Shown: positions 29,995 through 44,343 of the stretch, in pieces
Layout of the letters: every line of letters starts with the position of its first letter
Position numbering within the stretch: position 1 is the stretch's first letter
Assembly (NCBI RefSeq): GCF_009914755.1
Contig: NC_060929.1
Strand: one strand, 5' to 3'
DNA from: the human T2T-CHM13v2.0 reference genome, Homo sapiens
DNA length: 64,000 nucleotides
Program-made: the position numbers and the translations under genes
Notes under the pieces: model-generated
What the model saw: the letters and a program-made list of their open reading frames with translations, nothing else
What the model was told of the DNA's origin: nothing
Database searches by the model: none

Positions 29995-32900
29995 ACTTAA
30001 TAGTTTAACACTGAGGCCTAAAACAGTGCCTGACACATAGGAGGCTCTCAAAAATATCTGATGAATAAATAAACAAAGCAGAAGTAACAAATGCCATAAT
30101 TCTTGAAACACTATTTTCACATTTCTTCCTTTTTTATTTTATTGGCAACGTAGAAATATGAAAGTGCTCCAAGCTCGTTCTAGCTGCTATTAAAAAAAAA
30201 AAAAAGAAGGATGGGAGGAAGAAATATGGAAGTAGCATGGGCCTCTCCTGCCTTCTGAGTAGCCCTGGATGTCAGTTCTAGTGGTCAAGAAGAGAAGGAG
30301 GGGCCTCAGGCCAGAGACCAGACAGTCCTGGCCAGGTCACTGCTAAATTTGAGTGTCTGTGGATGTGTGCGCTGGGGCAGGGCTAAAGCTGGGCCATGAG
30401 TCCAGGCCCCAGCTGACAGATGAGTGACAGAGTATGTCTGGAGAGCCCCAGTAACTGAATTTCTGGGCTGCATGTATGTCCGTCTCCTTCTTGTCAACCC
30501 TGCACTTTTGCTCAAGCCTTACCTGCACCTTATAGCAGCGTCTCTCTCTCTCGGGCTGAGAAGGAAAGGTTTTTACACCCCTGCTTTTGTCCAGGCACAG
30601 TGATGGTCAGGCCACGGCCAAGACATTCTAGGTCCAGGGCGTAGAATGAGCACATGGTACAGTTGCTCTGCAATCCCTCTGCTGCTCTGCCTGGAGGAGC
30701 TGATTTGTAAATGGAGGCACCTTCTCCTCACAGACACCAAGAGGCAAGACTAAGGGAAGGCTCCAGCTGTCAGGAGAAACTGGAAACCTGAAGACACCTG
30801 GGTTGGGCCTCTATTTATGGACTACAGGTAGACTTGGGACATCTGATGCTGGGGGAGACTAAGGGATGGCCGGCAGGCTGCCCGAATCCTCTGGCCTGAA
30901 TGAGAAGTGGGAGGGGTGAAAGGATGGGGGTCTCCTTGAGGCAGAGGTGAGGCTGTGATGCTTTTGCAAGCTGCCTTCCTGAGGCCCCAGTTGCACAAGG
31001 CTCCATCACATGGGCCTCGCTGCCACCACAAACAGCCTGTTCTGTCACTTCCCTGCTGGGGCTGCGCTGAGCCACCTCTGGCTCTCCCACCTGTCAGCTG
31101 CCTTCCCCCTCCCACCCCCCCCACCCCCACCGTGTGAGATGCCACTCCTCCCAACACCTTTCTACACCCAGGCCTCAGGGCCAGGGCCTCTCTGGGCCCA
31201 GCTAGGTAAACCTGTCCCCGCCCTGCTGCCTGGCAACCCCTTTGTTGGGTCCCAGAGCAGACTGGTTTTCTCTGTGAAAACAGAGAAAGAGCAGGTCTGA
31301 CAGGGGTGCTGATGGGGACTGCAGGTCCAGCTGAGACACATCTGTCCCTGGGGCAAGGCACATGGCACAAAGGCACCAACACAGGGTCTAAAACCCCAGA
31401 CCTACCACTTGAAACTGTGTGAGCGTGTGGTGGTCACACACCTCCCCCAGGCTCAGTTTCCTGAAGAGAGTTGGTTCTGCTCTTGTGTCCGCCCTGGAAT
31501 CTGGCTCAGGGCCAGTAACTGGGTCCCAGTTGGCAGAGCCAGCTTTGTCCCTGTTTGGATCCTCAGAGACTGACCCCCTCTGGAGCCTCCAGCATCTCAG
31601 CCCCTAGAGAGGTGTGGCAGCTTGGAGAATCCCCACCACACTCCAAGGTTAGTTGACCAGGTCTGGGCTGGACATAGAGCAGGCACTCAATAAGTGTTTG
31701 TTGAGGGATTGAATGGCACAAAACTAGAGCTGGGAAACGCCCTTTGCCACAGGCACGCCCTCCCCTGTGTGTTCTGCTGAACCAACCACGGCTCCAGGAC
31801 CAGTTTTGTTGCCTCCTGACTGAGTCCTGTCCTTCCAGGATATGCTGGGCATCAGCCCCCAGCCCACCTCACAGGCTGTACTGTCTCAGACCTTCCTTTT
31901 GGATGTTGCCTGGTGCCCATGCCTGTGGCTGCCTCTACCCCTTGCAGAGCCCTTGACCCCTGCCTACAGTGGGCCTGCCTTAACTCCCTGTCACTCTAAG
32001 GCGCAGTTCTAGCCCTGCAGGAGACCCACGCTGCCCCCTCTATCCAGCTGTGCCCACCACAGACTGCTTCCTCTCCACCATTCGAGTTCCTGGCCTTGAC
32101 CAGCAGGCTTCTAAGAGAGCAGACATCTGGGTGGAGCTGGACCAGACAGGTCACACTGAAATGAAGGCATCTAAAGTTCTCTCTGGCTGTTTGCTGAGGC
32201 CCTGGAGTGGTCAGTACTGTGGACTGGGCATTCCAGGAAGATGGAACTCCCAAGCAAGGCTTTAGATCCCCTTGGAATCCAGGCTCTTGGCTGGGGAGAC
32301 GGGGCTGGGCCTTGAAGGAGAGATGTCTTGGCCTCCAGGAGCTGAGCCAGAATGGAGCAGACTCTACCTAGAGACCTGAGGCCACCAGGCCAGGGAGGAG
32401 CGGGTCAGCAGCTGAGCTCTCTGGCTAGCCCCCAGGGCCTCACGGGAAGGTATCCTCAAATATGGGCTGCCTCATCAGCTCCACCGCACCTCCCCACTCA
32501 GGGCTACATCAATTCTGGGCACTCTCCTGGATTGTCCTCCAGGTTGACCTCACCCTTAGCCTGAGGTTGTTCTTGTCCCAATCCTTCCCTCTTATTCTAG
32601 GCTCAGGCCCAACAGCATTCCCAAGGGTGTCTGCTCCTGCTGGAGCCTGCCAGCCCTGCCTGCCCATTGAGGAAAGAGCACAGTGACTTCTCCTGACCTT
32701 GGACAGACCTGGCTGCATACAGAAGGCCTGGGCATCGTGCCCTGAGCCACTGGGTGTGGCCTCGAAGGCAACAGAAGCAGAATTCTTCACCTTCCTAAGC
32801 CCCCTTATGCCCTCCCTGCGTCCCTCTGGGTCATGTCCAAAGGGTAAGCTAAGATAATAATTCCTGTAACTGTGGTGTTGTTAATAGCAAATGTTTTTTA

Positions 32901-35537
32901 ATGCCTTGTGTGTGCCAAGTTCTCTGCGGGGTGCTGGAGAGACACAAATAAATAAGACAGACACAGCCTCTGCCCTTATGGATGATACCTGGACCCATCC
33001 CTGAGTACTCAATACGTACTTATGCAGAGAAGAAGAATGCATGAAATAAGCAGTCTGATTATTCCCAGCAGCACAGACACCTGATGGGTGTGCAGTAAAT
33101 ACGTGAAGGCCACTAGGGCAGGGGTGATGTGTGACCTGGCCACCACACATCCCCACCCTGAAGAGGGCTTCCAGACCCTGTGACTGCCTTATGACTTGGT
33201 ATTCCAGCATGATAGGGTCTCAGCAATACAGCAATCTCCAAGGACCAAGGCCATTACAGGGGAAAAGGAAATCTGAGGGCTTCCTTAAAGAACTTTCGGG
33301 AGAGCTGGAGAAGCCATAGAATCTGCAGCTTGTCTGACCTGCTGCCTAGAACTCAGGGTACCTTATGAGTGGGTTTACAGCATGGCCCCTAAGAAGGGCC
33401 ACCCCCAAACTCCAGGTACAGAACCTGACCTGGCATCTCCCCTGTGGGAAGGCACAGTCAGAAGTAAGCCTCTGATGTTCTCTTAAGTCAGGGATGTCAA
33501 CATGAGCTCATGTGAGGGAATGACTGGCCTGGACCCGGATCCTGCATCATTCCAATCTGTCCAGATGCTGCCCAATGAAATGGGGAAGTTTATGGACCAG
33601 ATTCTAAAAAATTCATCCAGAGTCCCCACCCCACCTCCACCTCCAAACTTGTGATAGAAGCCTTTGGAGATGGATTACACTGCCCAGAGACTCAGGGGCC
33701 AGGAAGGTCATATTCAGGAGGACCACTTCACATTCCCCCGGACAGAAGTAAACGGGTAATGAAGGAATTTCAGGATGGAGGCAAGGAGTGTAGGCAGTCT
33801 TTGGGATGTGAAATCGGGGGAAACAAGCAATGTATGAAGAGGAGTTTCAGGAATTCACTTTGGGATACATTGGGTGGAAGCTTCCACAGACCCTTGAGGA
33901 TCCCTTCCCCCCAGAAAAGGTCTGCACTGTTTACATTCACTAGGACTCTTGGAGCCCAGCTGACAGGCCTCTGACCACAAGCCATGCTGTACACCAAACC
34001 CTCAGGACAGCCAGTGATAAGTGATGGCTGCCCCTTACTCTCTACCCCATTTAGTAGGGTCTAAGTCCTGGGGAGCTTCTGGCCTACAGACCTCAGAGAG
34101 ACAATGCAGTGACCAGCTCTCCTGCTGGCCCTTCCACCTTTCTTCACTTGGGATCCAAGTCTGCAAGGGGCTGAGCAGAAACCTCCTCCACCACAAAGTG
34201 ATGGAGAACAGCCCAATGGCTGGTGCTCTAATGGATTCAGACACCGCACCCCCCCCCACACACACACCCCAAATACACTCCCATATAAACACCGCTACCA
34301 CACACCACTTGTTTCTCTCCCAGCTGAACAGATAGCAGCATCTTGCCTCCTACAGAGGCACCCACATTCTACTCTGAAGGGCCCCTCCCTTCCTTGGACT
34401 GCCCTAGGTTTGTGCTTCTCAAGCAGTTCTCCTCTTTGCGGGTTGTCAGAGACCCAGTGGACACATTTCATCCCACCACCTGTGAGGAGCCCAAGAGCAG
34501 GGTCCTTATCACAGCTTGACTAAAAGGACACATAAGGTTAAGGATTTGGGCTAAATGAGAGACCTCCACAGAGTCTGGAAAAGTAAAAGGTGTCTCCCTG
34601 ATGTAGCCAGATAGAAGTGCCGAGAGAACCAGAGGGAGGTTGGTGGTGCCATGGCATCTGCATTGGCTGTTCAAGTACATCCCCGGAGGATAATGGTTGG
34701 GAATGGAGAGAAGACCTTGGAGAGAAAAGGGCCCAAAGTGAAGCGCTGCATATATTTCTTCCCTTTACACTGCACAGCCACGACCCCAGCCGCTCCAGCT
34801 GCTACTTTCTCAGGAGACCTGGGGAAACAAATCTCCTGGCAAAGGACGAGGGGAGGGGGCTGTGCAGACAGGGAGGTGGCCTGCGAGGAGCCTGCAAGCA
34901 GCAAGAGAAGGCCTGAATGTTCTGGGGAAGCAGGGACACCTTGCTTCCAGATACAAGTCAGGGACCACCTCTTCCAGGAAGCCTTACTGGCCTCCACAAA
35001 CTAGTCTGAGGACCTTTCTGTGTCCACTCCCACGCTCGGCGCTGCCTGCTGTCGTTTTGGGTCTGCGTCCCCGGCCCAGTGCTGCGCAAGCCCCTGGTTC
35101 ATAGGGTTCTTGGTTCAGAGGGCTCCTCACACGGCAGGATGGGCCGCAGGTGTGCCAGTCGGGCCCATGAGGAGGTATCTGAGCTGGGGCAGCCCCATCC
35201 CCCAAGTGGGCCCTCCATCCCTCCTCGGGCTGGAGCACCGCCCCTAAAAGCGACTTCAAAGGGCCGGTGTCGACAGCTGGGTTTGGGTCCGCGGCCTGCA
35301 GATCCAAGGCCCGAGCAGGATCCAGGCCGTCGGGGCCGTCCGAACGCGGGGATCTCTGAGAGCTGAGTGGGGGTGCCGGGTTGCCGGCAGCCGGGGCTGA
35401 GGGCGGGTCCTCAGAGCCCCCCGAAGTGGGAGGGTCGGGCTGGCCGCGGGGCCAATCCAGGCGCACAGGGAGCGGGGGCGGGGGCTGGGCCGAGTGGGGA
35501 CAGGGGCGGGCGGGCCGGGGGCGGGGCGCGGCGTCCA

Positions 35538-35568
35538 GGCGGCGGCGGCGGCTGCGGCGGCGGCGGCT
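35538..35568. repeat. Interrupted (CGG)n repeat near the PDLIM4 TSS
   Basis: GGCGGCGGCGGCGGCTGCGGCGGCGGCGGCT. Confidence 0.9.
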
Positions 35569-35614
35569 CCTCCTCAGAGTCCGGCTCAGGCTCCGGCTGC
35601 GGCTCCAGCCCGCG

Positions 35615-35707
35615 ATGCCCCATTCCGTGACCCTGCGCGGGCCTTCGCCCTGGGGCTTCCGCCTGGTGGGCGGCCGGGACTTCAGCGCGCCCCTCACCAT
35701 CTCACGG
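35615..35707 (+). CDS. PDLIM4: PDLIM4 (RIL) coding exon 1, PDZ domain start
   Basis: [31 protein letters not shown] (PWGF PDZ loop); donor CGG|GTGAGT; 93 nt, phase 0. Confidence 0.98.
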
Positions 35708-37016
35708 GTGAGTCTGGCGGCTGCGTGGCGGCAGGGCGGTCCCATGTCTGAGACCGGGTTCTCGCGGTCCGCCCGGGACCCAGATCCCCTGTGTATCCGA
35801 GGCTTGAAGGCGGAGGGTTGGCCTGGGCGCCCCGCATGCTGTAGAGGCGGCTTCCAGGCAGAGGCAGGCAGCCCCAGCCGCCCTCCTCCCACGCTGGGCC
35901 TGTCTGCCCGATCCCGCGAAGAATCTCCCAAGAGTTCACGCACCCGCCTCCCCGCTGGCCTCATCTGGGGGAGCCACTGTGGACCCGGGAAGGACCCGCG
36001 GAGATGGGCCAGGGGTCTAGACAGCTCTACAGAGGCCCAGAAACTCTTCAGACTCACCCCCTGCCTGAAGATCTGGGGCAAAATGATTTAGAGCCCCCCT
36101 TCCCCTATCAGGGGTCCCTGCCGGCAGAGCTTGGTGACCCAGGGAGGTCTGGGGTCCTCGCTGAATCTGAGAAGACAGAGGTCCATCCACTTCCCACTTT
36201 GGGCGTGAGTCAGTCTCTCATTCACGACCTCAGTCACCCTAAGGGGAAGTGACCAGGAGGAATTTTGGCTTCCAGGGGAAAGGGAGACTTAACTGTGAGG
36301 TTGTGAGACCCCTCCCCACAAGATGACACAAAGCCGGGGGCCAGGACAGCCTCAGGCCCGTTCCTCAAGTTTCCCAGGGCCCTGCCTTGCCCACAGAGGA
36401 GGAAAAGGAGCCGGCACAGCCCTGGAGCGTGGCTAGTCTGAGGATAGAGGAGTGGAGGAGGTGACTCAGGCCCTGTTCGAGGGGGTGCCTGTCTAGGGGA
36501 GACAGGATCCTGGCCCAGCCTCGACATCCTCGTGTCTGGAGGGCCAAAAGAGAGGACTCAGACCCTGCCCTTGGGGGTCCCCAGCCTAAGGGACAGAAGA
36601 GGAGAGAACCCAGGCCCTGCCCTTGGCGGCTCTCAGTCTGGAAGGAGCAGAGGAGATAACCTGAAACCATCTGACGGCCATCCCTTGCTCCCACACAGGC
36701 TGATCTTGTCTTTGGGGGCCTGTGTCAGAGGCACAGAGAAGCACCTTCCCCCACCCTACTGCCACCTCTTGCCATGGGGGCTGGGCCAAGCCGGCTGGGC
36801 TTTAAGAGACTTCTGTCCAGTTCTTGGGAGGGGGTGGGCACCAGGTGGAGCGTGGAATCATGGAATCCCGTTTCTGGGGGCCAGGGTGACAGGCAGGCCC
36901 AGCTGTCCTAGGAGGCTTCCCACATCTGCCCTCACTGCCAGGTCCCTGGGGCCGAGTGAGGTGGGCCTTCAACACATCCCAGAGCCTTTCATCTCCTCTT
37001 TCCTATAGGATTCCTG

Positions 37017-37017
<1 letters not shown>

Positions 37018-37048
<31 letters not shown>
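37018..37048. repeat. (TG)n microsatellite in PDLIM4 intron 1
   Basis: About 15 TG units. Confidence 0.95.
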
Positions 37049-37051
<3 letters not shown>

Positions 37052-38519
37052 CAAGCCTGTGTCTGCTTGTGTGTGTCATGCTGTGTGTCCGCTGAGGGGG
37101 CTGGTGGGGACACTAAGCGGGCTGGCCAGGCACCCTGGGCGTGAGGCCGCTGACAGGCTCAGTGGCGGCGGCTGACGGCTGCAGGCGGCAGGGAGCTGAG
37201 ACATCTGTTGCCCACGCGGCTGCCTGCCCTCCGAGGAAAGGCCTCCACACGTCACAGCTGCGGCTGCGGCAGCAGCAGCAGCAACAGCCTTGTTTGGAGC
37301 TGACTGGGGATGCAGGCCCCAGGCAGGCAGTCTGGGAGAAGGTTTGCCAGGAAGAGCCTCCTTTGTCCCCCAAAGTCACGCGGCAGCAGCTCAGGCCCAA
37401 GGAGCCAGGATGGCTGAGGTTGGGTTTGGGTGGGATCTGGGGAGATTTACAGCGCTGGGGAGGCACAGGCCACAGCTTGCCTAGCAGGTACCTCTGGGGC
37501 AGGTCTACAGGGACTGAAGATATGTGGGAGTGTCTTCACCAGTGGGGCTCAAGATCCAGCCCCTCCCTTGCTTCCAGGACCTCCCCTACGCGGGACCTGG
37601 TAGGGAGGGACAGCCTCACACAGACAGGGAGGAGGCTATCGGCCCGGCAGGGCTGGGGGCTTGCAATCTCAGCCCATGAAGCCTCCAGGAGTCCCAAGAA
37701 CATCATCCGGGGCTCCTTCCCCACAAGCTATAATGATGGCTGGCCTTGGCCAAGCATCCAGGGTGTGCCAGGCCCTACCCTAATGGGTGTTGGTAACAGC
37801 TCCCTCCAGTCCCTGTAGTGAGCACCACCTTATTTATGCCCAGCCTCCTGTGGGGGCTTTACATGCCCTGTTTTTCTCAAATAGTCCTTACAACAGCCTT
37901 TAGAAGTAAGGACTCCCTCTGGCCTTACATAGATGGAGACCCAGGCACAGAGAGGCTAATGTAATCAACCTAGAGAAGCAGAGTGGAGACAGGAGGAATC
38001 CAGGCAGTCTGCAGTTTGCTGTGACTGTGTAGGACAATGTGGCACCTGGTTCTGACTTGGACTCCCAGCCCACCACATCTAGGCTGGGTGGAGCAGGGGC
38101 TGGGAATGCAGCCACTACCGGTAAGGGGCTGATTCATGCCCTCACCGCCCACCTGACTTCACTGTTCCTGTCTCTGTTCCTTCTTTCTGTTTATCCTGTG
38201 CTTAGGAGCTAGACGGATCGGCCTGAATTCCACTCTGTCCTGTGACTTCCCGCTTAGAGCCCTCCATGGTTCCCAGCCACCCAGGAGAAATGCCAGCTTC
38301 CCACCCGGGTGTACAAGACTCTGCAATATCTGATCCCTGCCTCTTCTCTGACTTCATCTCTCCCACTCTCCCCTCACTCATGATGCTCCGGCCATACAAC
38401 CTTCCTTCTTCTTTCTCTCCAGATATGCCATTATACATGCTGGTCCTTCTGCCTGGAACACTATCTCTCCCTCAGATACTCTCTTTTCCCTTACCCCCTT
38501 TGGAAGAAAAATGCAGGTG

Positions 38520-39030
38520 TTAAGAGCATAGTTTTAAATTTGGAATCAGGTGGCCTGGATTGAAATCTTGATTCAGTCTTTTATCAATTAACTATCCTTC
38601 TGTACTTCTCTGGACCTCCGTTTCCTGATCTAGGAAATGGGCTTGCCTTCAGGATTAATGAGATAATGCATGTAAAGGTGACTGGGAGAGTCACAATTTC
38701 TTGGCCTCACGCCCTCTCTGACCAGAACTCCCCTAGCTCAATAGAGCTGGCAGCATCCCAGCCACCACTGCTTTCAAGAAACTTCCTCCGCCCACAGAAG
38801 CCTGAATGTACCCCTTGTGCTGGCTGAGTCATCCTGCCGCAGTTAGCCGCCCCCTGAAGAAAGACTCCTCTCCAGTGTGGGGACTGGGGCATGGCATCCC
38901 TCCCCCAAGCTTCTTTCTCTTCATCTGTAAAATAGGGATGAGAACAGCCTCTGCCTCACCAGGTGGTTGAGGGGTTGCTGTGAGCTAGTTATGGGTAAAG
39001 CATAGAGCCCAGGCCCTGGCACAAGGCAGG
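38520..39030 (+). mobile_element. MIR fragments in PDLIM4 intron 1
   Basis: CCTCCGTTTCCTGATCTAGGAAATGG...GGATTAATGAGATAATGCATGTAAAG and CTTCATCTGTAAAATAGGGATGAGAA. Confidence 0.65.
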
Positions 39031-40488
39031 TATCCATGAAGGGGAGGAGGCAGAGGATGGCCTTGAGGGGAGGGTGGGATGGTGCCAAGTGGGTGTCTCC
39101 CCCAGGATGACAGGCTTGCACAGGTGCCCAGGCCCTACAAGTGAACATTAATGATGGGCTAGTTGGCTGAGGGTGTCATGCTTCAGAAGAACGTTTCCTT
39201 GAGGCAGCCTACTTCAGGGCAGGTCAGCTTGGGCAGTGCCAACACCAGGCCTCCAGCCAAGGAGCTGCCAGCACCTCAGCTTTGTCCACTCACTACTGAG
39301 ACCTGGCTGAACTGAGCCTAGCTGGGCTTCCAGGAGTTCCCACCAGTAGGAGCTCCCACCCAAAAGAATGGGGTCACTGGCAGCTTTTGAACCAGCTGGG
39401 CACTGGCTGGAGAGGCTGGGTAAGAAATATATTTCTAAAGGCTATGTTGGGGTCAAGGCAGGGTGAGGGGTGCTCCATGGCCTGGATTCCCCTGAGTTGC
39501 TTACTTAGATATCTCTGTGAGTCTAACTCCACCCCCCATTCTAGCCTTCTTCAGTTGACCAGCATTGTAAGAGCTTCCAGGTGTGAACACTGCTTGACCC
39601 CGAGGGGTCAATAGTGGCACTGAGGTAGCCTGAGTTCCTGTCCTGCAGGGGAAGTAGAGGTAGAATTCTGACCCCCAAACGCAGGCTGTCAGCTGGAACT
39701 GGATGGCCCTGGACTTGCTCAGGGAGGTGATGTTCAGACCTTCCCATTTTAATTATAATGAAGTATTAACATGAACAGTGTAGGGGGAAAAGGTGGTCAT
39801 GGGAGCACACTGGGTAGTGAGATCCCAGAGAGGCTCCCAGAGGAAGTGGCCTCTATGCTGAGATCTGAAGGATGAGGATGTGGGAGTCAAAGGAATGTTC
39901 CAGGTGGAGGGAGCAGCTTTTGCAGAAGTGTAGAGGTGAGTGATATATGGTGCCTGTGAGCACCCCATAGACATTCACATGGTCTGGACAGAGTGTGGGT
40001 GTGGAGGTGGGGATGAGAGTTGAAATCAAGCAAGTAGGAAGGCAAGGTCACTAAGGGTTTGAATATTAGGTCAAGGTGTGTAGTCTGTCTGGTTGGGGCC
40101 TTGTCTGTGTAGGGTATCTGTGATATGTCCATGCTGTGTATGTATCTGTGAGCACCTATGTCTCCATGTGTCTCTGTGTCCCCTGCATGTCCTTGGGCAC
40201 ATACGCAGGCTGCAAGAACAACATCCATTTGTCCCAGCCCTGAGGAAGCCCTTCTCGTATATCCTCATGCCCTGCCAGGCCTCCAGGTGCTGGAGTTGGA
40301 GGTGTTTCCAGCAAGGCTGCAGCCAGGCTACATGGGGACCTCAACCAGCCACTCGGCTTGCCCATCCACAGGCCATGCTGGTAGCAGGCCACACTGGCTA
40401 GGTTCTGAGGTTGGAGGAGGCCTAGGGCACAGCTTGCAGCAAGACCATATCATGACTGTGCCCAGCCATCTGGCTTGTCTGCTCGCAG

Positions 40489-40640
40489 GTCCATGCTGGC
40501 AGCAAGGCTGCATTGGCTGCCCTGTGCCCAGGAGACCTGATCCAGGCCATCAATGGTGAGAGCACAGAGCTCATGACACACCTGGAGGCACAGAACCGCA
40601 TCAAGGGCTGCCACGATCACCTCACACTGTCTGTGAGCAG
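40489..40640 (+). CDS. PDLIM4: PDLIM4 exon 2, PDZ domain
   Basis: CGCAG|GTCCAT ... VHAGSKAALAALCPGDLIQAINGESTELMTHLEAQNRIKGCHDHLTLSVS ... CAG|GTATGC; 152 nt. Confidence 0.98.
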
Positions 40641-43600
40641 GTATGCACAGGTGGGCTGGGCTGGGAGGATGGAAGGACGAGGTGGGCAGTTATGGGCAGC
40701 TGGCATTTTGGGTGAGCCCAGCTTCACACAGCCTCTCTGCCTCAGCTCCTGGGTGCCCCATCCAGGAACAGTCCCAAGGAGTAGCACTTTCATGGGGGCC
40801 TGGCAGATACTGTTTAGAGTTATAGCTTAAGAAGGGAAGAAATCCCCTTTTAACTTAGACTAGAAGTGTGTTGGGGCACTTATGGCAAGTGTTGCAGGCA
40901 ACTGAAATAAGACCTTGAATAGCCTCTGGGGCATTTGTTTCATTCCTTTCCCCTCCCCTGAGTGACCAGCTTGATGACCATTTCAAAGTAGTTTCTTGTG
41001 CAACACCTCATTTAACCCTCATTTACCAACTTAAAAAAGGGCTACTATAGTCCCCACTTCACAGATGAGACAAGTGAGGCTCAGAAAGGTTAGATGGTGC
41101 TTAAAGTCACACAGAGAGGGAGTGGGGTAGCAAAATTTGATTTTGGGGCTCTCTCCTAAGACTACAGACCCTTAACTTGGCTGCTGACTACTCCTACCAG
41201 CCCCTCAGCTGCCCTGCCACAGCTGTCGCCACCGTGGCCCACACCTCTGCCCTGGTTAAATCTGGATTTGGGAAAAGTTCCCACTAAGGACTGTGTAATG
41301 CTTTGCAGCCAATCAAGAAGGGGAGGACAGGGGGTTACCAAGCCCATCTGTGCTCCATAAATGATCCTGGGATAGAAGGTCCACTGGGGGTGGGGGTGGG
41401 GGGACCCAGCCTTGCTCAGGTCCTGGGTCTTTACTCAGCTCTGAGAAGCAGTTGGCCTAAGCCTGGCTGAGTGGGATCTCCCCACTCCCCTGCCCACCTT
41501 GATCCACAGAAGTCGGGCATAACTTATCAGCTCTGCCGTGTTCACTGCTGAGGGGATTTCCATGACCCCCTGTGGAAGTACGTGGGCAAAGCCTCCCCAA
41601 ACCACAACACAGCTAACCATGCCTCTGAGCTGGCAGGGTGGGAGGTAAGCCACTGGCTTGGAGCCTTTAAACATGGTGGAGAGGCCTGTGAGGTCAGCCC
41701 TGTTTGTGCTTGGCCCTGGCACACGGTGAGGATGCTCCATCTTTGGAGTTCAGCAAAGCTGGTCCTCATCCAGCCTCTGGAGCCTTAGGTGCCCAGATGA
41801 CCTCTATGAGCCCGGGGTTTCCTTTCCCATTAACGGATCACATTCATCACCCTCCTCCAGACTGAGATACAGGCTGGATGGGGGAAATGTCAGCATTGCT
41901 CTGCCCATGAGTGACCTCTGAAGCTTCCCCACTTGGCTGGGATCCTGGCCCCTGACTCACCTCCAGCCTTGACTCTGTGTGGCTGAACAAGGGCAGCCCT
42001 AGTGGTAGTGGAGTAGTGGGGAGGAGTGCCTCAGAGGGGGCCTGAGTCAGGAGCTTCTCAGAGTGTATGATGTCAGCGGACGGTGGTGGGGTGGAGGTCC
42101 CCCTCCTTCTTTCCTTCCTTCCTTCCTTCCTTCCCCAGTCCTTTGTTCCAAACCAGGCATGGATGGAGCCAGAGGTCCACTGACCTGTTCCACTCTGAGC
42201 ATTTCAGCCCCAAAATGTCACTGGCCATGGAGCAGATGAGAGCACATTCTCTACTATTACAGAGCTGGGTTGAGAATTATGCTCATAATTTTACCCATAA
42301 AAGAGAGAGAGGGAGAGATAACTATGCTGTGCTCCAGAAAGTGATTTAATCTCTTGAGCCCATAACTTCCTCAACCAAAAATATGGACCATCTTGCGCTC
42401 TGGACATTGAGTGATGATGTACCAGGCCTGCTCAGTCAGAGTGAAAACCTGAGTCCTGCCCTGCAGCCCCCTCACACATGCAGACTCTGGGGGATCAAGA
42501 CATGAGGGCCACCTTGACTTTCTGAGCCAACATTTCTTCTCCTGGACACTTGCCCACCTGCAAGCTTTCTGACTCTGCTCCCTATCTTGCCTGCTATGCC
42601 AGGACCTATGCCTGGCCCCCAACGACACTCCTCCCCGCCCCCACCACACACACCCACACAGCAAGGGCTCTGCAGTAAATCAGCCTGTTGAGCTGGCTGG
42701 AGTGAGCTACCCTGTGCTCTCACTCCCAGGGTTCTACCCCAGACCAGCTTCCCTATCTGCCCTCTTGTGTACAGAGAGCTCTAATCCCCCCACCAACTCC
42801 CCCACAGAATGAAAAGTGTATCAAAGGCCCAGCTTCCCCACTGGGCTTCTTTTGCTTTGAGCCCAAAGCCAGGCATCCAACAATCCAAGCAAAATCACAC
42901 TTCCTGGGCATGTTCTATAGGTCCAGGACCTTTCTGACATCAACTCCAACACTGAGGCCACTGATAGAGTCCCTGTTGTCCATCACATGTGGCCCAAGGT
43001 ACCTTTGCACAGCCTACCCTTTGCCTGTCATTTTGTTTAAAGAGCCCAGCCTGGGATGGGGGTTGACACATGATTAAGCCCTTCATTCTGATCTGATGCA
43101 TTGGGCCACATTAATGGCTCTGGGTACTTTGTGCCCTTCGACCTTAGACGTCAGGCTTGTACTGCTCTTCTGGGCAGAACTTCAGGGAAGTTGAAGGCCA
43201 AATAGCCACACAAGATGTCCCAGCTTTATCCCAGAGGAGTTCTGAGTAGATAGAGGCCACAGTTAGAGCTGTGAGTTAGGGTACCCACTTGGGAGCCTGG
43301 TTGAGGGGGCTAGAGACAGGGACTATGGGGCTGGTGTTGCCCTGGGGCAGCAGAGCTCTAATACCAAAGGCCTGGAGTAGAGAGGTAGCCTCCAAGGGAC
43401 TAAGGAATGGGCAGAGGCGAGGAAGTGCAGAGTGAGTATGGACCATAGGCATAGATAGATTATTAAAACCCTCAACTGAAGGGGGCAGAAGAGGCAGGGG
43501 CAAGCTGCTAGGTCAGTAATGAGACCTTGAGAAGCCTCAGGAGGCTTCGTGGGGTGAGTTGGAGGGCATTATTCCCCTTTGGTCTAACCAGCCTCACCTC

Positions 43601-44343
43601 ATACCCACCTGCCAGTCCAGGGTCCATGCCCCTTCCTGGCCTGCCTTCTCACAGGGCTACTGAGTGACAGGGCTGGGCCTTAGGCACGTAGCCTCTCGGC
43701 CTGCCTGCCCTGCTTATGGCAGGTTTATGATGTTTTTCTCCCTCCTGAGTGGTGTTTGGCTTTTGGTTTCTATGGCGAAGCAGGAATTTCCTAATGGCCT
43801 GTTTCCCATCTGGGCTGGGCAGACTCAGTGATGACTCTGCCGGCAGCAGCAGCAGGAGGAAAGACACACCCCTCAGAGCCTCCATTCCACCTACCCCAGA
43901 GCCGACGGACGCCTGACCCCACACCCCACCAGAGGCTGTAGATGCCCAGAGGATGCGTGGATAGGCTTCTAGCTGGTCAATGTGTGAGGCCTGGCTTGCA
44001 GTGCTATAAGCTGGGCCTCTTTGAGCTGAGCTTCTGTAGGCCACGAAGAGGGTGGAAGATTAGGGAAGACACAGGGCTTCTCCTGCAGCCTCTCCAGGAA
44101 CCAGACTAGAGAGGGATTGGGCAGCCGATGGGGACAGAAGCATATAGCCCTACCCCAGGAGGATGGCAGCTAGAGTTGTGGCTCATTGCCACAACAGTCA
44201 CCATTGTGGTACAGGGGAAAGCACTGGAGTGGTGTTCTTCTACCTGCAGGGCACAGCCCAGAGCCCAGCCCCTCTTGATCCTGGCTCCCAGGCATGGTGG
44301 GCGTGGTAGGAGACATATCTGACCATCACAATTTCTGCCACAG

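Larger units (their letters stand above)
35030..36000. promoter_or_regulatory. PDLIM4: CpG-island promoter of PDLIM4 with CCAAT box, GC boxes and G-rich tract
   Basis: Dense CpG; GCCAAT at 35451; several GGGGCGGG between 35474 and 35527. Confidence 0.92.

Noticed and set aside
35381-35614. In-frame N-terminal extension of PDLIM4
   Set aside because: Starts at a non-ATG codon upstream of the likely TSS; the in-frame CTG codons have weak context
34984-36081. 365-aa antisense ORF over the PDLIM4 promoter
   Set aside because: Arg/Pro/Gly-rich low-complexity reading typical of GC-rich DNA; no recognisable domain
37141-37818. 225-aa intronic ORF with short polyQ
   Set aside because: Non-ATG start, only a 5-codon CAG/CAA run, no homology recognised
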